Of a stretch of 64,000 nucleotides of DNA, positions 61,983-64,000 are shown in pieces. A program made the translations under genes and the position numbers. Numbering within the stretch: the stretch's first letter is position 1; every line of letters begins with the position of its first letter. Location of the stretch: positions 7,181 to 71,180 of the forward strand of contig CAVZSD010000031.1 in assembly GCA_963777615.1 (NCBI GenBank), read 5' to 3'. The stretch comes from an uncultured Bacteroidota bacterium. GTDB lineage: Bacteria; Bacteroidota; Ignavibacteria; Ignavibacteriales; Ignavibacteriaceae. The notes below the pieces were generated by a model, which was not told the DNA's origin, did no database searches, and saw nothing but the letters and a program-made list of their open reading frames with translations.

Positions 61983-62894
61983 ATGAAATTAAAAACCAAA
62001 TTTATTTCGTTTCTAACGGCAATCTTTATAATATCTCTTTTCCCTCTGCGGCTTAATGCTCAAGAAAAAATTAAAATAGCTATGTGGGGAGATTCGCGTG
62101 AAAACCGCGACAATGCAACTACTGAAATTGCTCATACATTATTATATAATATCACCGACTGGGATTTCCAGGTTCATTCAGGTGATTTTACTCATGATGG
62201 GAAGGAAGAATCATGGCAAAGAACCTTAAGTTATCCTGGCATGGATAGCATTTTTGTTAAAGGAAAGTTTTATGTATGCACAAGCAATCACGATGCAAAA
62301 GATGCAGAGTCAAAAGAAAATTGGGATAAGCACACAGCAGGTATTTTGCCGTTTAACTCTGCCGACAGCACAACACATTTTTATGCTGTGCATAAAGGAA
62401 ATGTAGATATCATTTTTTGCGACGGCTATTTTACAGATGCGCCAGTAATGCAAAAATGGCTGGATGATTACTTATCAAAAGTAGACCCAAATGATTGGAT
62501 AGTTGCTGTATGGCATAATGTTTCCTATGGAGATTTAACTTACAAACCCAGTTATCTGGAAACATGCCAACCGTGGATAAACAGCCTATACAAGCATAGA
62601 AGTGAATTTATTTTTAACGGGCATGCTCATGTTTATGTTAGAACAAAACCACTTTCAACAGACGAATCAATTGATGATAAAAATGGAATTGTAACCATCA
62701 TTAATGGTACTGGCGGTGCAAGCTGGAAAGATCCGGTTGATGCGAATTCGCATATTGCTTATACACCTTCAGAAAAATCTTTCCCGACTATTACGTTTTT
62801 AACTTTCGAGGGAAACAAAGCGCATCTTGAAACGGTTGACTGCAGACCGGGTAAAAATTTAAAAGTAATTGACCAATGCGACTACACAAAATAA
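61983..62894 (+). CDS. Secreted metallophosphoesterase
   Basis: Signal peptide. ..IAMWGDSREN..SGDFTHDG..CTSNHD..VAVWHN..NGHAHVY.. Confidence 0.75.
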   Translation: MKLKTKFISFLTAIFIISLFPLRLNAQEKIKIAMWGDSRENRDNATTEIAHTLLYNITDWDFQVHSGDFTHDGKEESWQRTLSYPGMDSIFVKGKFYVCTSNHDAKDAESKENWDKHTAGILPFNSADSTTHFYAVHKGNVDIIFCDGYFTDAPVMQKWLDDYLSKVDPNDWIVAVWHNVSYGDLTYKPSYLETCQPWINSLYKHRSEFIFNGHAHVYVRTKPLSTDESIDDKNGIVTIINGTGGASWKDPVDANSHIAYTPSEKSFPTITFLTFEGNKAHLETVDCRPGKNLKVIDQCDYTK

Positions 62895-62917
62895 TATACA
62901 ATACTCCGGAGAAAAAA

Positions 62918-63916
62918 ATGAAGAGACATTTCTTTATTAGTAATCTTGTTTTTTTAGTTTTCTTTTTAATTCAACCTGCTTTTTTATTTTCACAAACATC
63001 AGGTTATAAAATAATTGACAGTGTAAAAATCGGAGGGCAAGGCGGATGGGATTATCTTTCCATACTACCATCCCAGCACAAACTTTTTGTTTCCCACGGA
63101 GCAGAAGTAGATGTAATTAATCTTGATGATAATTCTATTGCCGGAAAGATAACAGGGATGAAAGGCACTCACGGAATTGCTTTCGCGGAAGAATTCAATA
63201 AAGGATTTATTAGTGATGGCCATGATAATTCAATTGTAATTTTTGATTTGAAAAATCTTAATAAAATTGAAACTGTGCAATCCACTGGAGAAGATCCCGA
63301 CGCAATTGTTTACGACCCTTTTACTAAAAGAATATTTGCTTTTAACGGGCATGACGGAACTGCAACAGCAATAGATGCAAAGACAAATAAAGTTGTTGGT
63401 ACGATTCAATTAAGCGGTTCTCCGGAATTTTCAGTTTCAGACTTTAATGGTAAAATGTATGTGAACATTGAAAAGAAAAATGAAATTGATGTATTTAATC
63501 CCAGGACTTTAAAGGTTGAAAATACCTGGCTTATCCCGCCATGTGAAACTCTTTGTGCCATGGCTATTGATAGAAAAAACAATAGATTATTTATCGGCGC
63601 TAGGAATAAAACTCTTGGTGTGGTTGATGCATCTTCCGGAAAATTAATCGCACATTTTCCAATTGGTTCTGGAGTGGATGCCTGCCGATTTGATCCTCAA
63701 ACAGATTTGATTTTCTGTTCAAACAAAGACGGCACGATGAGTGTAATTAAGCAAGATTCACCAGATAAATATTCGTTTGTTGAAAACATAATTACACGCC
63801 CAAAAGCAAAAACTATGGAGATTGATGAAACAACTCACAAAATTTATACATCTACTATGTTAAATCTTCCAGGTGGTAAAAGTGAGTTTGGAGTTTTAGT
63901 ACTAGGAAGAAATTGA
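62918..63916 (+). CDS. YVTN/YncE-type beta-propeller protein
   Basis: Signal peptide MKRHFFISNLVFLVFFLIQPAFLFSQ. Repeated ..THGIAF.., ..DPDAIVYDP.., ..SGSPEFSV.., ..GVDACRFDP.. propeller blades. Confidence 0.75.
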   Translation: MKRHFFISNLVFLVFFLIQPAFLFSQTSGYKIIDSVKIGGQGGWDYLSILPSQHKLFVSHGAEVDVINLDDNSIAGKITGMKGTHGIAFAEEFNKGFISDGHDNSIVIFDLKNLNKIETVQSTGEDPDAIVYDPFTKRIFAFNGHDGTATAIDAKTNKVVGTIQLSGSPEFSVSDFNGKMYVNIEKKNEIDVFNPRTLKVENTWLIPPCETLCAMAIDRKNNRLFIGARNKTLGVVDASSGKLIAHFPIGSGVDACRFDPQTDLIFCSNKDGTMSVIKQDSPDKYSFVENIITRPKAKTMEIDETTHKIYTSTMLNLPGGKSEFGVLVLGRN

Positions 63917-64000
63917 ATCCCTAAAAAATTCAATAAACATTTAGTTGTTGGAGATTAAAGACACAACGGCTATTATTATCAAAAAGGTGTACCAAATCAA

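Overview
This is a 64-kb AT-rich segment (about 30-35% GC by eye, with a few genes near 50% GC). It comes from an FCB-group bacterium (Ignavibacteria/Bacteroidota-like). Four proteins end in the T9SS C-terminal sorting domain (..NYPNPFNP..YFY.IQAGSF..K.ILL[KR]), there is a TonB-dependent receptor, and the intergenic DNA is packed with hairpin-cluster repeats typical of that group. The window is an accessory 'junkyard' region rather than core operons. It holds about 70 mostly small, unrelated genes: RibD-C/DHFR-like, VOC/glyoxalase, SDR, aldo-keto reductase, SAM methyltransferases, nucleotidyltransferases, DUF-type membrane proteins, cupin and lipocalin-like. It also holds six toxin-antitoxin modules (PIN remnant + small ORF, PIN+RHH, HEPN/MNT, HipBA, VapBC, HicAB), a truncated DDE transposase at the left edge, a TolC-MFP-RND efflux operon, an OmpR/HK pair, a TonB receptor and secreted phosphoesterases. 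Strand layout is striking: 963-9190 is minus-strand except for one HxlR gene, and then 33 consecutive genes (10098-46087) are all plus-strand. I recognised no rRNA, tRNA or CRISPR array. About 19 genes are broken by frameshifts; the junctions I resolved to the base lie in short A/T runs. Either the assembly carries indel errors or the region is decaying. I label these genes pseudogene, but this needs read-level checking. The best candidate for a new system is an Abi/UG-type reverse transcriptase (19185-20671) directly downstream of a stand-alone helical protein with an exact Rx4H HEPN-type motif (18017-18984). This looks like a split AbiA-like RT+HEPN defence module, and it sits next to VapBC and a 10-unit 21-bp iteron-like array. 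Other notable items are: three families of modular or MITE-like repeats, one of which (family A) tracks gene orientation (a cassette-array-like layout, but with no integrase and no convincing attC); a pair of signal-peptide-bearing tail-fibre/S74-chaperone proteins; a T9SS protein with 4 x 109-aa repeats; a palindromic element inserted in the signal-peptide region of the efflux adaptor gene; and a HEPN toxin gene killed by two in-frame TAA codons beside an intact MNT antitoxin.
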